Assembly (NCBI GenBank): GCA_900617105.1
Contig: UYFQ01000006.1
Span: 310,001 to 374,000, forward strand
DNA from: Hydrurus foetidus
Lineage: Eukaryota
DNA: 64,000 nucleotides
Direction of reading: 5' to 3'
Within the stretch, counting starts at the first letter, position 1. Each line of letters starts with the position of its first letter. A program made the position numbers and the translations under genes. Below are positions 51,669 through 61,825 of this stretch, one piece after another. The notes under the pieces are model-generated. The model worked only from the letters and a program-made list of their open reading frames with translations, ran no database searches and was not told the DNA's origin.

Positions 51669-52512
51669 GGTGCGAAAGGCCTCCAGAGACATCAAGGTGA
51701 CTGCCCGTCGTGTACGACGACTGCGGCGTGGCTAAGAAACAGATGGCCTGTGCGGCCTCGGACGGCACGCCTAAGCGGGCCAAGGGAATGTGCTTGCGGG
51801 TGGCGAGTTCACGCATCCAGGCCGCGCGGTCTTGGGTCGGGTCTTCGCGGGCTTCAAAGCGGCGCTGCCATTGGCCGGATTCGATCAGGCCCACCAAAAT
51901 GCCGTTGACGCGGATGTTTTGAGGCGCGAACTCGGTGGCCATAGAGCGCACCAGGTTCTTGATACCGGCCCGTGCCGCAGAAGTGGCCACCATGTGGGGC
52001 TCAGGTTGAGCGGCCAGGAGGGAGTTGACGCAGACGATGGCCGAGCTGCACTCGGGTGTGGCACGGCTTTGCAATTGCGGCAAAAAAGCGCGGGTGGGGT
52101 AAATCACCGAGAAAAACTTCAGGTGCAGCTCTTGCGTCCACGCGCTGTCATCGGTGGTGGCGAAAGTGGAGACGCGGCCTTGTCCCGCGTTGTTCACCAA
52201 GATGGACGCGGGCCCCAGCGTTTCCAGGTTCAATGCAGCAAAGCGCTGTACATCGGCCTCTTCAAGCACATTGCAGGTAGCGGCCAGCAGCGCCGCTTGG
52301 GGGAAGCGCGTGCGCAGCTGGGTTTCGGCCTGACGCAGACGCGGCTCATTACGGCCACAAAAGGCCACAGCAGCACCGCGCAGCAGCAAGAGCTCGACCG
52401 TGGCCAAACCGATGCCCGACGAACCACCGGTCACGATGGCCACATGGCCTTGAAGGTCTGGGGCAGGTGCTGATGTGGAGGCGTTCATGCGTTGCGTCAT
52501 GTCATATGTCAT
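51661..52512 (-). CDS. SDR-family oxidoreductase
   Basis: TGGSSGIG, NNAG, RVNGI; the usual YxxxK is replaced by TSAAR. Confidence 0.88.
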   Translation of the reverse strand: MTYDMTQRMNASTSAPAPDLQGHVAIVTGGSSGIGLATVELLLLRGAAVAFCGRNEPRLRQAETQLRTRFPQAALLAATCNVLEEADVQRFAALNLETLGPASILVNNAGQGRVSTFATTDDSAWTQELHLKFFSVIYPTRAFLPQLQSRATPECSSAIVCVNSLLAAQPEPHMVATSAARAGIKNLVRSMATEFAPQNIRVNGILVGLIESGQWQRRFEAREDPTQDRAAWMRELATRKHIPLARLGVPSEAAQAICFLATPQSSYTTGSHLDVSGGLSHHA

Positions 52513-53414
52513 GTCGTACTTTTCCGGCTTTTGGGCAAGGCCACGATATTGGTGGGCGAAAGGGGCACAGTGAGCTTGTGCAGTGCAGCGCTGGGCCGGT
52601 AGTTCAGCAGGCGCGAGAGCTCGTCCGCTGCCGCCTTCACGTGCTGCGCCATGGCATCCATCTGAACCGCATCCAGGCTGCCGTTACCGACCGTCGTGCC
52701 CAAGGCTGCGACCACCCGGCCCGTGTCATCGCGTACCGGGGCGACGATGGGTGAAATGCTGTTGTCGTAGTAGCCGATGCCGATGGCGTAACCCCGCTGG
52801 CGGTCGTCCACAATCAAATCAAACAGGGCCATCACGGTGTGCGGCGTGCTGTCGGAGTAGCGCTCCAGGTGGGCTTCCGGGTACAGCGCACGCAACTCAG
52901 GCAGGCTGAAATCAGACAACAAAATGCGGCCAAATACCGTGCCATGCACGGGCAGACGGGTGCCCACACGCAGCGAACTGGTGAAGGGCGTGGGCGGTGT
53001 CACCTTGCCCACATACACAATGGAGCGGCCATCGCGCACCGCCAAATTGCAGGGCTGGGCGATGGTGTCGCACAGCCGCGTCAGCACCGATTGGCCGAGC
53101 TCGGTCAACTCCAGCGATGAGAGGTATTCAAAGCCCAAACGCAGCACGGCCATACCGAGGCGGTAGTCGTTGCCGTTGTGGGTTCGCTCTAAAAACCCCA
53201 TGCTTTCCAGCGTGGTCAGCAGCCGAAAAATGGTGGAGCGGGGCAAACCCAGGCGGCGTGCCAATTCGGGCGCACCGAGGGATTTGCTGTCACGACCAAA
53301 TTCTTCCAGCACGCGCAGGCCACGCTCCAGCGCGGGCACGATGTACTTGTCGCCACCTTCGCTGCTGTCAATGGCTTCTTTGTTGTCGTCTGGGGAGGCG
53401 GGGAGCTTGTTCAT
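52509..53414 (-). CDS. IclR-family transcriptional regulator
   Basis: VPALERGL..L, LPRSTIFRLL HTH, GTRLPVHGT.FGR, APVRD. Confidence 0.93.
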   Translation of the reverse strand: MNKLPASPDDNKEAIDSSEGGDKYIVPALERGLRVLEEFGRDSKSLGAPELARRLGLPRSTIFRLLTTLESMGFLERTHNGNDYRLGMAVLRLGFEYLSSLELTELGQSVLTRLCDTIAQPCNLAVRDGRSIVYVGKVTPPTPFTSSLRVGTRLPVHGTVFGRILLSDFSLPELRALYPEAHLERYSDSTPHTVMALFDLIVDDRQRGYAIGIGYYDNSISPIVAPVRDDTGRVVAALGTTVGNGSLDAVQMDAMAQHVKAAADELSRLLNYRPSAALHKLTVPLSPTNIVALPKSRKSTT

Positions 53415-54373
53415 GGGGTCATCGCTTTCTGGTGAGGTTCTGTAGAAGCGGTGAGCGTAACGACAAGAGACTGCGCCAAAAAGGGTTGCGTTGTTATGGC
53501 TTGGACAATGGCTTGCGCAACGGCCTGAGGCTGCTCAGCGGGGCTGGCGTGACCTGCCTGCGCCAGCAGTGCAAACGGCGCAGCAAAGGCTTGCGCCCAG
53601 GCTCGGCAGGCAGCGGGTGGTGTCACGACATCGGCATCCCCGCAGTACATCGCCACGGGTACCGCAGCAGGGGCGCCGAGGCCCAGGTCGCTCCCGCACA
53701 GCAACTCAATGGCTTGCAAATAACCCGCTGGCTGCAACCCACCTGCGTTCCAGCGTACCCAGGCCAGCGCTTCGGGTGAAGCCTGGGGTGAAAGCAGGCG
53801 ACGAGCAGTGCGCTCGGCCAAACCTGCAACGCCCAGCTTGTGCAAGGCAGCTTGCCGCTCCTGACGCACCAAGCTGCGCTTGTCGGCCTGCCCGGCCCCG
53901 CCGTAACCGCCTGCGGGGCTGATGAGTACCAGTTGGGTCACTTGGCAAGCTCTGGTATCTCCAGCGTAGTGCCGCACATAAGCAGCTGCCATCAGCGCAC
54001 CCAGCGAGTGCCCCACCAACACGCAGCGACGCAGACCCAAAGCCAAAAGCAGGTCATGCAGACGTGCTGCGTAATCATGGTCGGTAGGTGCAGGAGAGGG
54101 CAAGGGCGTAGATTCACCGTAACCAGGGGCATCCCAAGCAATGACTTCGGTGTGCTCACCCAGGAACCGGGCGACATGCAACCACGAGGCCGCACCTGAA
54201 CTGATGCCATGCAACAGCACGACAGGCGGGGCCGCGCTGGCCGTGCCGCAGCGGCGAACCGCAACCCTGTCACCACTTGGCAACATGACCTGTTGCTGGG
54301 GAAACGCTTGCACCAGAAGGTTTAGCGGCGTTTGCAGCAAAACGGCATCGGAAGCGACAGTGTTGGCGGTCAT
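53411..54373 (-). CDS. Alpha/beta-fold hydrolase
   Basis: LLHGISS, WDAPGYG, GHSLG nucleophile elbow, D..TP, AGH. Confidence 0.9.
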   Translation of the reverse strand: MTANTVASDAVLLQTPLNLLVQAFPQQQVMLPSGDRVAVRRCGTASAAPPVVLLHGISSGAASWLHVARFLGEHTEVIAWDAPGYGESTPLPSPAPTDHDYAARLHDLLLALGLRRCVLVGHSLGALMAAAYVRHYAGDTRACQVTQLVLISPAGGYGGAGQADKRSLVRQERQAALHKLGVAGLAERTARRLLSPQASPEALAWVRWNAGGLQPAGYLQAIELLCGSDLGLGAPAAVPVAMYCGDADVVTPPAACRAWAQAFAAPFALLAQAGHASPAEQPQAVAQAIVQAITTQPFLAQSLVVTLTASTEPHQKAMTP

Positions 54374-54397
54374 GGGACGGCGGCGTTTTTCTGCAAC

Positions 54398-54967
54398 TTA
54401 CTGCGCAGCCTGGGCCAACAGGTCGCGCTTGATTTTGGCCAAGGGGTGGTCTTCGGGGTACGTGGGAGTGAGGGGCTTTTTGGCACCCAGCATCACGCAC
54501 ATCAATGCGTCTTCGTCGCCAATGTTGATTTCTTCGCGGTACACGCCGGGAGGGACTGAAACGAGATCGCGCTCATTCAAGATGGTCTCAAAGCGCTCGC
54601 CATCTTTTTCAAGGATCAATTTCATCTTGCCGCGCATCACAAAGAACACTTCTTCCACGTCGATGTGCAGGTGCGAAGGGCCTTCGTGGCCAGCGGGTAT
54701 CACCATGGTGGAGAAGGTGAAGTTCTCGGCAGCCACGGTGTTCATGTCTGTGGCGACACCGGTGCCGCCGGTGCCCAGGTAACGCATTTGGGCGCGGCGG
54801 TATTTGGGGTCGTGATCGGCCTGAAACTTCAGGGCATCCCAGTCGTATTTGCGGGTGACAAAGCGGGCGATGCGGCTGGTCATCCAGTCGCCAAAGCTTT
54901 GGTCAACGGCTTGCGTCCAACTGGGCGTGGCATCGTTGGCGGCATCTTGGGTAGGCATTGTGGTCAT
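54398..54967 (-). CDS. Cupin-domain protein
   Basis: GPSHLHIDVEEVFFVMRG and DLVSVPPGVYR cupin motifs. Confidence 0.85.
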   Translation of the reverse strand: MTTMPTQDAANDATPSWTQAVDQSFGDWMTSRIARFVTRKYDWDALKFQADHDPKYRRAQMRYLGTGGTGVATDMNTVAAENFTFSTMVIPAGHEGPSHLHIDVEEVFFVMRGKMKLILEKDGERFETILNERDLVSVPPGVYREEINIGDEDALMCVMLGAKKPLTPTYPEDHPLAKIKRDLLAQAAQ

Positions 54968-55014
54968 GGTGTTTCCTTGCAGGGGATAAATAAAAGGCAT
55001 TGGGGTGTCAGGCA

Positions 55015-55794
55015 TCAATGCATGACAAAGCCGCCATTGACGGCCAGCAGTTGCCCCGTCACGAAGCGGGCTAAATCAGACAGCGCGTAAACCACAGCAC
55101 CGCACACGTCTTCGGGCAGTTGCTCGCGCTGGATAGCACGCTGGTTCAGGTAGTGCAACCGCCGCGCTTCAGGCACGTACTCGGTGGCTTCGACGGCGAC
55201 CAGGCCGGGCGCAATGGCGTTGACGGTGATGTTGTCGGGGCCTAGTTCACGGGCCAGCGAATGCGTCATGGCAATCACCGCGCCTTTGCTCGCCACATAG
55301 GCGAGCAGGTTGGGTGCACCCCACAGGGCGGTGTCAGACGCCAAATTGACGATAGCGCCTTTGCCACTGGCAGCCAGTGCGGCGTGGCAGGCGCGGGTCA
55401 TCAACCACGTACCACGCACGTTGACGTTCATCACCTGATCCCACTTGGCCAGCGCGATATCAGCCATGCCTTTGCCACCGGAATCGGTGATGGCGGCGTT
55501 GTTGACCAAGCCATCCAAGCCCCCCATGGCCTCTACAGCAGTGGCGACGGCGCGGTCAATCGACAAGGGGTCGGTCACGTCCAGAACAACATAACTGGCA
55601 TTCAAGCCCTCTGCACACAGCACTGCCGTAGCTTGCTGCAACAGATCCGCCCGAATGTCCGCCAGTACCACCTGGGCACCGTACTGGCACAGCGTGCGAG
55701 CAAACGCAAAGCCTAGGCCGCGCGCACCGCCCGTGACCAGGACGCGACGGCCCTGGAGAAGCTGAGGCGCGGGAGAAGCAGGGGTTGAAGACAT
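55015..55794 (-). CDS. SDR-family oxidoreductase
   Basis: TGGARGLG, NNAA, YVASK, VNAIAPG. Confidence 0.92.
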   Translation of the reverse strand: MSSTPASPAPQLLQGRRVLVTGGARGLGFAFARTLCQYGAQVVLADIRADLLQQATAVLCAEGLNASYVVLDVTDPLSIDRAVATAVEAMGGLDGLVNNAAITDSGGKGMADIALAKWDQVMNVNVRGTWLMTRACHAALAASGKGAIVNLASDTALWGAPNLLAYVASKGAVIAMTHSLARELGPDNITVNAIAPGLVAVEATEYVPEARRLHYLNQRAIQREQLPEDVCGAVVYALSDLARFVTGQLLAVNGGFVMH

Positions 55795-55835
55795 CAGATT
55801 TTGGGCACGAGAGTGGGTTACATGTGAAGCAAAAT

Positions 55836-55872
55836 TGTTTCACTAAAAATCCATTGTTTCTTTAGTGAAACA
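55836..55872. promoter_or_regulatory. Putative operator of the catabolic cluster (probably IclR)
   Basis: Perfect 12-bp inverted repeat TGTTTCACTAAA / TTTAGTGAAACA with nested TGTTTC-N6-GAAACA, 42 bp upstream of the first gene. Confidence 0.6.
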
Positions 55873-56135
55873 TAAGTTTATGCCAACAGCCCAAAGCAAG
55901 TTATAGGGTTATTACTTACTTCAACGTCAAAATGGGGATTCCGTGTGAGTCAACACGGGAAAATAGGCACCATCAGACCGTCAGCCACGCAGATGAACAG
56001 CTGACGCATCCAAAAAGGGCTAGAAAAGGGGGGAGGTTGTGCAGTACCAGGGCATATGGCAGGTCACCTTGACCGCCCTAGCATCAACCTGTCAGCAAAG
56101 GAGCAAAACTGCGCTTTGCGCTGACAAAACAGGCG

Positions 56136-56924
56136 TTACAAGCGATGCATGGACAGCCATTGCAGCGCCTCGCTGACCACCGCCACCGAATAGCGGCTGG
56201 CCACGGCCTGCACAAAGAGCGCAAAGTCACCGTGCGCCGCGTCGTCCGCCCGGTCTGAGATGCTGCGCACTGCGGCAAATGGCAAACCGTAGTCGTGGCA
56301 AACCTGGGCTACAGCCGCGCCTTCCATTTCCACCGCCAAGGCTGTCGGCAAGGCGGTTTGCAGCGCCAAGCTCTCCGCTGTGGTGCTGACAAAGCGGTCG
56401 CCACTGAGGATCAAACCCTGGTGAACGCTGGCGTTGTGAAGCTGAAATTGCGCCACCGCTGACGCCCCCACATGGCGTACCGGGTCAGCCAGCACAGCGG
56501 CGGCGGCACGGCCCAGCGCGTTGACCAGTGCGGCATTGGCTTGCAACGCGCTTTGGCCATACAGCGGCAACTCAAAGCGCGGGAACAGCGGTGAGCAGTC
56601 CATGTCGTGCTGCACAAAGTGGCTGCCCACCACCAAATCCCCCACCTTGACCCCCAACCCCAAGCCACCGGCAACGCCGGTGAACAGAATGCTGTGGACG
56701 CCAAAGCGCTCAATCAACACCGTGGCTGTGGTGGCTGCGGCCACTTTGCCAATGCGGGCCTGCACCGCCACCACGCTGTGCCCCTGCCACTGTGCTTGCC
56801 AGAATTCACGCCCTGCCACCACCGTGGCGCGCGCATCGGGCAGCAACGCCAGCACGGCTGCCAGCTCCTCGCGCATGGCGCTCATGATGGCGATGGGGCG
56901 AGCCACCCCGGTGGCTAAGACCAT
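56136..56924 (-). CDS. mtnN: 5'-methylthioadenosine/S-adenosylhomocysteine nucleosidase
   Basis: IAIMSAM.EE, IGKVAAA, FTGVAGG, SGDRF, EMEGAAVAQVC, RSISDRAD. Confidence 0.92.
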   Translation of the reverse strand: MVLATGVARPIAIMSAMREELAAVLALLPDARATVVAGREFWQAQWQGHSVVAVQARIGKVAAATTATVLIERFGVHSILFTGVAGGLGLGVKVGDLVVGSHFVQHDMDCSPLFPRFELPLYGQSALQANAALVNALGRAAAAVLADPVRHVGASAVAQFQLHNASVHQGLILSGDRFVSTTAESLALQTALPTALAVEMEGAAVAQVCHDYGLPFAAVRSISDRADDAAHGDFALFVQAVASRYSVAVVSEALQWLSMHRL

Positions 56925-56929
56925 TCGGC

Positions 56930-58606
56930 TTACGTCTTATCCCGCAGCTCACGCCGCAAAATTTTCCCCACTGGGGTCTTGGGCAAATCGAGGCGGAATT
57001 CGACCACTTTGGGCTGTTTGTAGCCGGTCAAATTGGCTTTGCAGAACTCGCGTACCTGCGCTTCGGTCAGCGTTGCGTCTTTTTTCACGATGACCAGCTT
57101 CACGGCTTCGCCGGATTTGGCATCGGGCACGCCCACCACGGCGCATTCCAGCACGCCGGGCATGGAGGACACCACGTCTTCCACCTCGTTCGGGTAGACG
57201 TTGAAGCCGCTGACCAGCACCATGTCTTTTTTGCGGTCTACGATTTTGAAGTAGCCGCGCTCGTCCATCGTGCCGATGTCGCCGGAGCGGAAAAAGTTGT
57301 CCGCCGTCATCACCTTGGCGGTCTCATCAGGGCGCTGCCAGTAACCGGCCATGACCTGTGGGCCACGGATGGCGATTTCACCGGGGGTACCCAAGGGCAC
57401 TTCGTTGCCGTCGTCGTCGAGCAGTTTGAACTCGGTGTTGGGCATGGGCAGGCCAATGTTGCCGCTGTACGTGTCGTTGTCGGCGGCGTTGCAGCTGGCA
57501 GAGGGGCTGGTTTCCGACAGACCATAGCCTTCGATGATGGCGCAGCCGGTTTTTTCTTTCCACAGTTTGGCGACAGCACTTTGCACGGCCATGCCGCCAC
57601 CGACGGAAATTTTCAGGTGGCTCCAGTCCACTTTGCCCATGTCAGGGTGATTGGCCAAACCGTTGAACAGGGTGTTAACAGCGGGGAAACTGTGGAATTT
57701 ATGCTGACTCAATTCCTTGAGTGTGGCCGCCAAATCACGGGGGTTAGCGATCAAAATATTAGCGCCCCCCATGTGCAACGCCAGCATCATGTTCGAGTTG
57801 AAGCCGAAAATATGGTACAGCGGCAAAGCACACACAGTGACGATTTGCTCGCCAGCGGGAATCAATTTCAATGCGGGCTGGTACCACGCTTCAGCTTGCA
57901 AAATATTGGCTACCAGGTTGCGGTGCAGCAGCACAGCGCCCTTGCTGACACCGGTGGTGCCGCCGGTGTACTGCAACACGGCCACATCGTCGGCTTTGAC
58001 GCTGGCTTTTTTCAGCGTACCGCGTGTGCCCTTGGCAATCGCGTCGTTGAAGCGCACGGCACCGGGCAGGCTGAAGGCAGGCACCATCTTTTTCTTCTTG
58101 CGCACCACGTAGTTGACGATAGCGCCTTTAATCAGCCCGAGCTGGTCGCCCATCGCAGCCAGCACGATGTGCTTGATCGGCGTTTTGGCAATGCACTGCT
58201 CCAACGTGGTGGCGAAGTTTTCCAGAATCAAAATGGCTTTGGCACCGCTGTCTTTGAGCTGATGCTCCAGTTCACGCGGGGTGTAGAGCGGGTTCACGTT
58301 GACCACCACATAGCCTGCACGCAAGATACCCGCCACGGCTACGGGGTACTGCGGCACATTGGGCATCATGATGGCCACGCGGTCGCCCTGTGCCAAGCCC
58401 AGGCTTTGCAGGTACGCCCCAAAGGCTTTGGACAGGCTGTCAGTTTCGCCGTAGCTGATGGCTTTGCCCATGAAGCTGTAGGCCAGCTTGTTGGCGTTTT
58501 TGGTGAAGGCACTGTCGATCAATTCGACCAACGAGGTGTACTTGTTAACGTCGATGTCGGCGGGTACACCAGCGGGGTAGGCGTTCAGCCAAGGGCGTGC
58601 AGTCAT
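56930..58606 (-). CDS. fadD: Long-chain fatty acid--CoA ligase
   Basis: QYTGGTTGVSKG, EGYGLSET, GDIG, DRKKDM, LPKTPVGK. Confidence 0.9.
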   Translation of the reverse strand: MTARPWLNAYPAGVPADIDVNKYTSLVELIDSAFTKNANKLAYSFMGKAISYGETDSLSKAFGAYLQSLGLAQGDRVAIMMPNVPQYPVAVAGILRAGYVVVNVNPLYTPRELEHQLKDSGAKAILILENFATTLEQCIAKTPIKHIVLAAMGDQLGLIKGAIVNYVVRKKKKMVPAFSLPGAVRFNDAIAKGTRGTLKKASVKADDVAVLQYTGGTTGVSKGAVLLHRNLVANILQAEAWYQPALKLIPAGEQIVTVCALPLYHIFGFNSNMMLALHMGGANILIANPRDLAATLKELSQHKFHSFPAVNTLFNGLANHPDMGKVDWSHLKISVGGGMAVQSAVAKLWKEKTGCAIIEGYGLSETSPSASCNAADNDTYSGNIGLPMPNTEFKLLDDDGNEVPLGTPGEIAIRGPQVMAGYWQRPDETAKVMTADNFFRSGDIGTMDERGYFKIVDRKKDMVLVSGFNVYPNEVEDVVSSMPGVLECAVVGVPDAKSGEAVKLVIVKKDATLTEAQVREFCKANLTGYKQPKVVEFRLDLPKTPVGKILRRELRDKT

Positions 58607-58640
58607 GGGTCAGTTCTCCAAAAAATACAACGAAAAATGC

Positions 58641-58674
58641 AAAATGCCCCGTACCGAAGGGGCAGCGGGGCATT
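58641..58674 (-). terminator. Probable terminator after pntB
   Basis: AATGCCCCG / CGGGGCATT inverted repeat with T-rich minus-strand tail. Confidence 0.5.
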
Positions 58675-58774
58675 CTGTCTTGAGTTTTGCCAGCGGTACG
58701 CTGTGTTTTCCCTAGGAAACCCCAGAGAGGACTCTCTAAATCAAAGCGTCAAGCGACTGCAAGACGCTGGAGGG

Positions 58775-60202
58775 CTACTCAATCGCCTTACCCATGTCCT
58801 CAATCACCTTCTTGGCGTCACCGAACACCATCATGGTTTTGTCCATGTAGAAGAGTTCGTTGTCCAGCCCGGCGTAGCCTGCGGCCATCGAGCGCTTGTT
58901 CACGATGATGGTCTTGGCTTTGTAGGCTTCCAGAATCGGCATGCCGTAGATGGCGCTGCCTTTGACGTGCGCGGCGGGGTTCACCACGTCGTTCGCGCCC
59001 AAAATGATGGCTACGTCCACTTGGCCGAATTCGCCGTTGATGTCTTCCATCTCATGCACCTGGTCGTAAGGCACTTCGGCCTCGGCCAGCAGCACGTTCA
59101 TGTGACCGGGCATACGGCCTGCCACAGGGTGGATGGCGTATTTGACGGTGATGCCTTTTTCAGTCAGCTTGGCAGCCAACTCTTTCACCGCGTGCTGGGC
59201 ACGGGCGACGGCCAGACCATAGCCAGGCACGATGACCACGGTTTCGGCGTTGCTCAGCACAAAGGCCGCATCGTCAGCGCTACCGCTCTTGACGTTGCGC
59301 TTGGGCTGGTCAGACGCAGCACCACCAGCGGCAGCTGCGTCACCGCCAAAGCCGCCACCGATGACGTTAAAGAACGAGCGGTTCATCGCCTTGCACATGA
59401 TGTACGAGAGGATGGCACCGCTGGAGCCCACCAGCGAACCGGCAATGATGAGCATGGCGTTGTTCAGTGAGAAGCCAATACCCGCCGCAGCCCAGCCGGA
59501 ATAGCTGTTCAGCATCGACACCACCACAGGCATGTCCGCGCCCCCGATGGGGATGATGAGCAACACGCCCAGCACCAAGCCAATGGCAATGATCAGCACA
59601 AAATCCATCCAGCTTTGCGAGTGCCAAAAGCCGAAGCAAAAGAACACTGCCGCCAAGCCCAGTGCCAGATTCAGCTTGTGCTGACCCGCGAACGTGACGG
59701 GCTGACCCTGGAACAAACGGAACTTGTACTTGCCCGAGAGCTTGCCAAACGCAATCACCGAGCCGGTGAACGTCACCGCGCCGATGAAGGCACCCAGCGC
59801 CAGCTCAATGCGGTTGCCGCCGGGGATGGGTTCACCCGCACCCACGATGTTGAACGCCCAAGGCTCAGCCACCGCCGCCACAGCAATGAACACCGCTGCC
59901 AAACCAATCATGCTGTGCATGAAGGCCACCAGCTCAGGCATCTTGGTCATCTCGACTTTGTTGGCGGCATACGCCCCCGCAGAGCCACCGACCAGCAAGC
60001 CCACCAGCACCCAACCTAGGTTAGTGGCTGAGCCAGAGATTTGCACAATCAGCGCCGCCGTGGTGGCAACCGCGATGCCCATGCCGACCATGCCGAACAG
60101 GTTGCCGCGCAGCGAGGTGGTGGGGTGAGACAGGCCTTTGAGCGCCTGGATGAAGCAGATAGAAGCTACCAAATACAGCAGCGTGACGAGGTTCATACTC
60201 AT
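58775..60202 (-). CDS. pntB: NAD(P) transhydrogenase subunit beta
   Basis: IGGADMPVVVSMLNSYSG, HPVAGRMPGHMNVLLAEA, GANDVVNPAA. Confidence 0.97.
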   Translation of the reverse strand: MSMNLVTLLYLVASICFIQALKGLSHPTTSLRGNLFGMVGMGIAVATTAALIVQISGSATNLGWVLVGLLVGGSAGAYAANKVEMTKMPELVAFMHSMIGLAAVFIAVAAVAEPWAFNIVGAGEPIPGGNRIELALGAFIGAVTFTGSVIAFGKLSGKYKFRLFQGQPVTFAGQHKLNLALGLAAVFFCFGFWHSQSWMDFVLIIAIGLVLGVLLIIPIGGADMPVVVSMLNSYSGWAAAGIGFSLNNAMLIIAGSLVGSSGAILSYIMCKAMNRSFFNVIGGGFGGDAAAAGGAASDQPKRNVKSGSADDAAFVLSNAETVVIVPGYGLAVARAQHAVKELAAKLTEKGITVKYAIHPVAGRMPGHMNVLLAEAEVPYDQVHEMEDINGEFGQVDVAIILGANDVVNPAAHVKGSAIYGMPILEAYKAKTIIVNKRSMAAGYAGLDNELFYMDKTMMVFGDAKKVIEDMGKAIE

Positions 60203-60537
60203 TATTTGGACTCCTTGGCACCAGCAGCGACAGGCGCAGCCAGTTTTTTGTCCTTCTTACGGAACATCTCCAGCATTCGCCGGGTAACTAAAAACCCACC
60301 AAAGACGTTGACGGCAGCCAAGGCCACGGCCAGCACACCCATCGTTTTACCCAGGGTGGTTTCGGTTTGCGCCGCAGCCAGCATGGCCCCGACGATGACG
60401 ATCGCAGAAATAGCGTTGGTCACGGCCATCAGCGGCGTGTGCAGCGCGGGGGTGACAGTCCATACCACGTGGTAGCCCACGTAAATGGCCAGCACGAAGA
60501 TGATGAGGTTGGTGACAGTAGGGGAGACGAGTTCCAT
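60202..60537 (-). CDS. pntA: NAD(P) transhydrogenase subunit alpha part 2
   Basis: VTPALHTPLMAVTNAIS, GGFLVTRRMLEMF. Confidence 0.95.
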   Translation of the reverse strand: MELVSPTVTNLIIFVLAIYVGYHVVWTVTPALHTPLMAVTNAISAIVIVGAMLAAAQTETTLGKTMGVLAVALAAVNVFGGFLVTRRMLEMFRKKDKKLAAPVAAGAKESK

Positions 60538-60562
60538 AGGAGTTCTTCTTTCTGAGATTCAG

Positions 60563-61678
60563 TTACTTGCGCTTCACTTCGCCGCCCTGGGTCATCAGGC
60601 ACGCGGCCACGATGTCATCGCTCATGTCAATGTTGAGCGTGCCCTCTTTGGTGATGATGAGCTTGAGGAAGTCCACGATGTTGCGGGCGTACAGCGAAGA
60701 CGCATCCGCTGCCACCAGCGCGGGCAGGTTGGTCTCGCCAATCAGCGTCACGCCATACTTGACCACGGTTTTGTCGGCCTCGGTCAAGGGGCAGTTGCCG
60801 CCTTGGGCAGCGGCCAGATCGACAATCACCGAGCCGGGTTTCATGGCCTTCACCATGTCTTCCGTCACCAGAATAGGTGCGGCACGGCCCGGAATCAGCG
60901 CCGTGGTGATGACCACATCGGCCAGCGCCACACGTTTAGCGACTTCCACCTTTTGGCGGTCAAGCCAGCTTTGCGGCATGGGCTTGGCATAACCGCCCAC
61001 ACCCACAGCAGCTTCTTTTTCTTCCGGGGTGTCGTAGGACACGTCGATGAACTTGCCACCGAGGGATTCGACCTGCTCTTTCACGCTGGGCCGCACGTCA
61101 GACGCTTCAATCACCGCACCCAGGCGCTTGGCTGTGGCAATGGCCTGCAAGCCGGCCACACCGACACCCAAAATCACCACCCGCGCCGCCTTGACGGTGC
61201 CCGCAGCGGTCATCAGCATGGGAAAGAAACGCTGGTACTTGTCCGCCGCCATCATCACGGCCTTGTAACCGGCGATGTTGGCCTGCGACGACAGCACGTC
61301 CATGCTCTGTGCGCGGGAAGTGCGGGGTGCCGCCTCCAAGCCAAAGCCGGTGATGTTCGCATCGGCCAAGCGCTTGAGGCCCGCTGCGTCAAAGGGGTTG
61401 AGCATGCCTACCACCGTGGTGCCGGGCTTGACCAGGGCGATTTCCGCCTCGCTCAGGTTGCGCACCTTGAGCACCAAATCCGCGCCAAAAGCACCCGCAG
61501 CATCGGTGATTTCAGCACCGACTGCCGTGTACGCCTCGTCGGGTGCGCTGGCGGCAACGCCTGCCCCCGACTGAATGCGCACCGTGTGGCCCTGGGCTTT
61601 GAGTTTCTTCGCCGTCTCAGGCGAGACGGCAACGCGGGTTTCGCCCACCGTAGTTTCAGTGGGTACGCCTATCAGCAT
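60563..61678 (-). CDS. pntA: NAD(P) transhydrogenase subunit alpha part 1
   Basis: GETRVA, RAQSMDVLSSQ, GVGVAGLQA, GGYAK, TTALIPG. Confidence 0.96.
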   Translation of the reverse strand: MLIGVPTETTVGETRVAVSPETAKKLKAQGHTVRIQSGAGVAASAPDEAYTAVGAEITDAAGAFGADLVLKVRNLSEAEIALVKPGTTVVGMLNPFDAAGLKRLADANITGFGLEAAPRTSRAQSMDVLSSQANIAGYKAVMMAADKYQRFFPMLMTAAGTVKAARVVILGVGVAGLQAIATAKRLGAVIEASDVRPSVKEQVESLGGKFIDVSYDTPEEKEAAVGVGGYAKPMPQSWLDRQKVEVAKRVALADVVITTALIPGRAAPILVTEDMVKAMKPGSVIVDLAAAQGGNCPLTEADKTVVKYGVTLIGETNLPALVAADASSLYARNIVDFLKLIITKEGTLNIDMSDDIVAACLMTQGGEVKRK

Positions 61679-61825
61679 AGAGTGTCTCCTCGTGTCGGTT
61701 GCGGAAAATTTGAGCGAAGCTTACATGACTTTTTTGCGAATTTTGGAGAGAAGACTCTTGAGAGACAGCCGAACGCCCCCAGCAAGAACGTGTTTAGCAG
61801 CCTATACAGCCATGCTATTGGTTTA

